64,000 nucleotides of DNA, taken from positions 85,931 through 149,930 of the forward strand of contig JAEWZT010000006.1 of assembly GCA_023458375.1 (NCBI GenBank), read 5' to 3'. A program made the position numbers and the translations under genes. How positions within the stretch are numbered: position 1 is the stretch's first letter; each line of letters begins with the position of its first letter. Source of the DNA: Bacillota bacterium (GTDB taxonomy: Bacteria; Bacillota; Clostridia; Christensenellales; CAG-314). This document shows positions 63,838 through 64,000 of this stretch, piece after piece. Under the pieces are notes generated by a model. The model made no database searches and was not told the DNA's origin. It saw only the letters and a list, made by a program, of their open reading frames with translations.

Positions 63838-64000
63838 TGGTCAGCAGTATTTTAAATAATGCGGTTGAATTAGGACATATTAAAACTAATTATGCTACAA
63901 AAAAGTTTTCTGACCAAAAAGACGCTAAAAGGCGCAAGCGCGATATCTATGACGAAGATGTTAAAGCAGTTTCCCTAAGTGTCGGACGCGCAGATATAAA
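63838..64000 (+). pseudogene. tyrosine recombinase fragment (probably degraded; runs off window)
   Basis: MVSSILNNAVELGHIKTNYATKKF resembles the end of the integrase N-terminal SAM-like domain (ILNYAVE.G.I..NP). There is a stop codon 9 nt upstream in frame. A neighbouring frame carries an FFVNEVYILYSQSTNRG-like piece, suggesting internal deletion or frameshift. Confidence 0.5.

Larger units (their letters stand above)
61333..64000. mobile_element. AT-rich integrated-element remnant (partial; continues past window end)
   Basis: It starts exactly where tRNA homology breaks, with a clear drop in GC. It carries an XRE regulator, two orphan genes and a degraded tyrosine-recombinase gene. Confidence 0.6.

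Noticed and set aside
28021-64000. Idea that the integrase C-terminal piece (28021..28308) and the integrase N-domain piece (63838..) are halves of one gene split by an insertion or inversion
   Set aside because: The order and orientation are wrong: the C-terminal part lies 35 kb upstream of the N-terminal part on the same strand. Each piece sits next to its own RNA-gene att context (ssrA versus tRNA-Thr). Two independent decayed elements is the simpler reading.

Overview
This 64 kb window looks like chromosome from a spore-forming Clostridia-type Firmicute. The evidence is the mrnC-rlmB-sigH synteny, a cwlD-like amidase, a CIRCE operator, sigma-A type promoters and a mid-range GC content. 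Most of it is housekeeping or metabolism: dnaX (partial), sigH, rlmB, mrnC, several GNAT acetyltransferases, a histidine kinase/response regulator pair, hsp20, pepT, nadE, lpdA, tRNA-Pro(CGG), a P-type Ca2+/Mn2+-type ATPase, fhs, tmRNA (ssrA), a GH2 glycosidase, alr, arcA and ansA. A complete lysine-fermentation cluster (kal-kce-kdd-kamA-kamD-kamE) sits behind a lysine (L-box) riboswitch. The most interesting locus is at 51.1-61.1 kb. A strong sigma-A promoter and a c-di-GMP-I (GEMM-I) riboswitch precede a tightly packed four-gene operon. The riboswitch has a duplicated aptamer 3' strand and tandem terminators. All four products start with a TasA/camelysin-like (SipW-class) signal motif: two are small TasA-sized proteins and two are giant paralogues (1619 and 1077 aa) with internalin-like LRRs. 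I interpret this as a candidate c-di-GMP-induced surface fibre/adhesin system; it is not demonstrated. Mobile-DNA scars are present in two places. An integrase C-terminal remnant abuts the 3' end of ssrA, with an AT-rich orphan gene on the other side of ssrA. A 45-nt tRNA-Thr(CGU) 3' fragment at 61.3 kb marks the edge of an AT-rich island remnant carrying an XRE regulator, two unknown genes and a degraded integrase, which runs off the window end. I also propose a yybP-ykoY-like leader upstream of the ATPase and a serine-palmitoyltransferase-like/SDR gene pair. All calls come from reading the sequence and ORF translations; no database searches were run.
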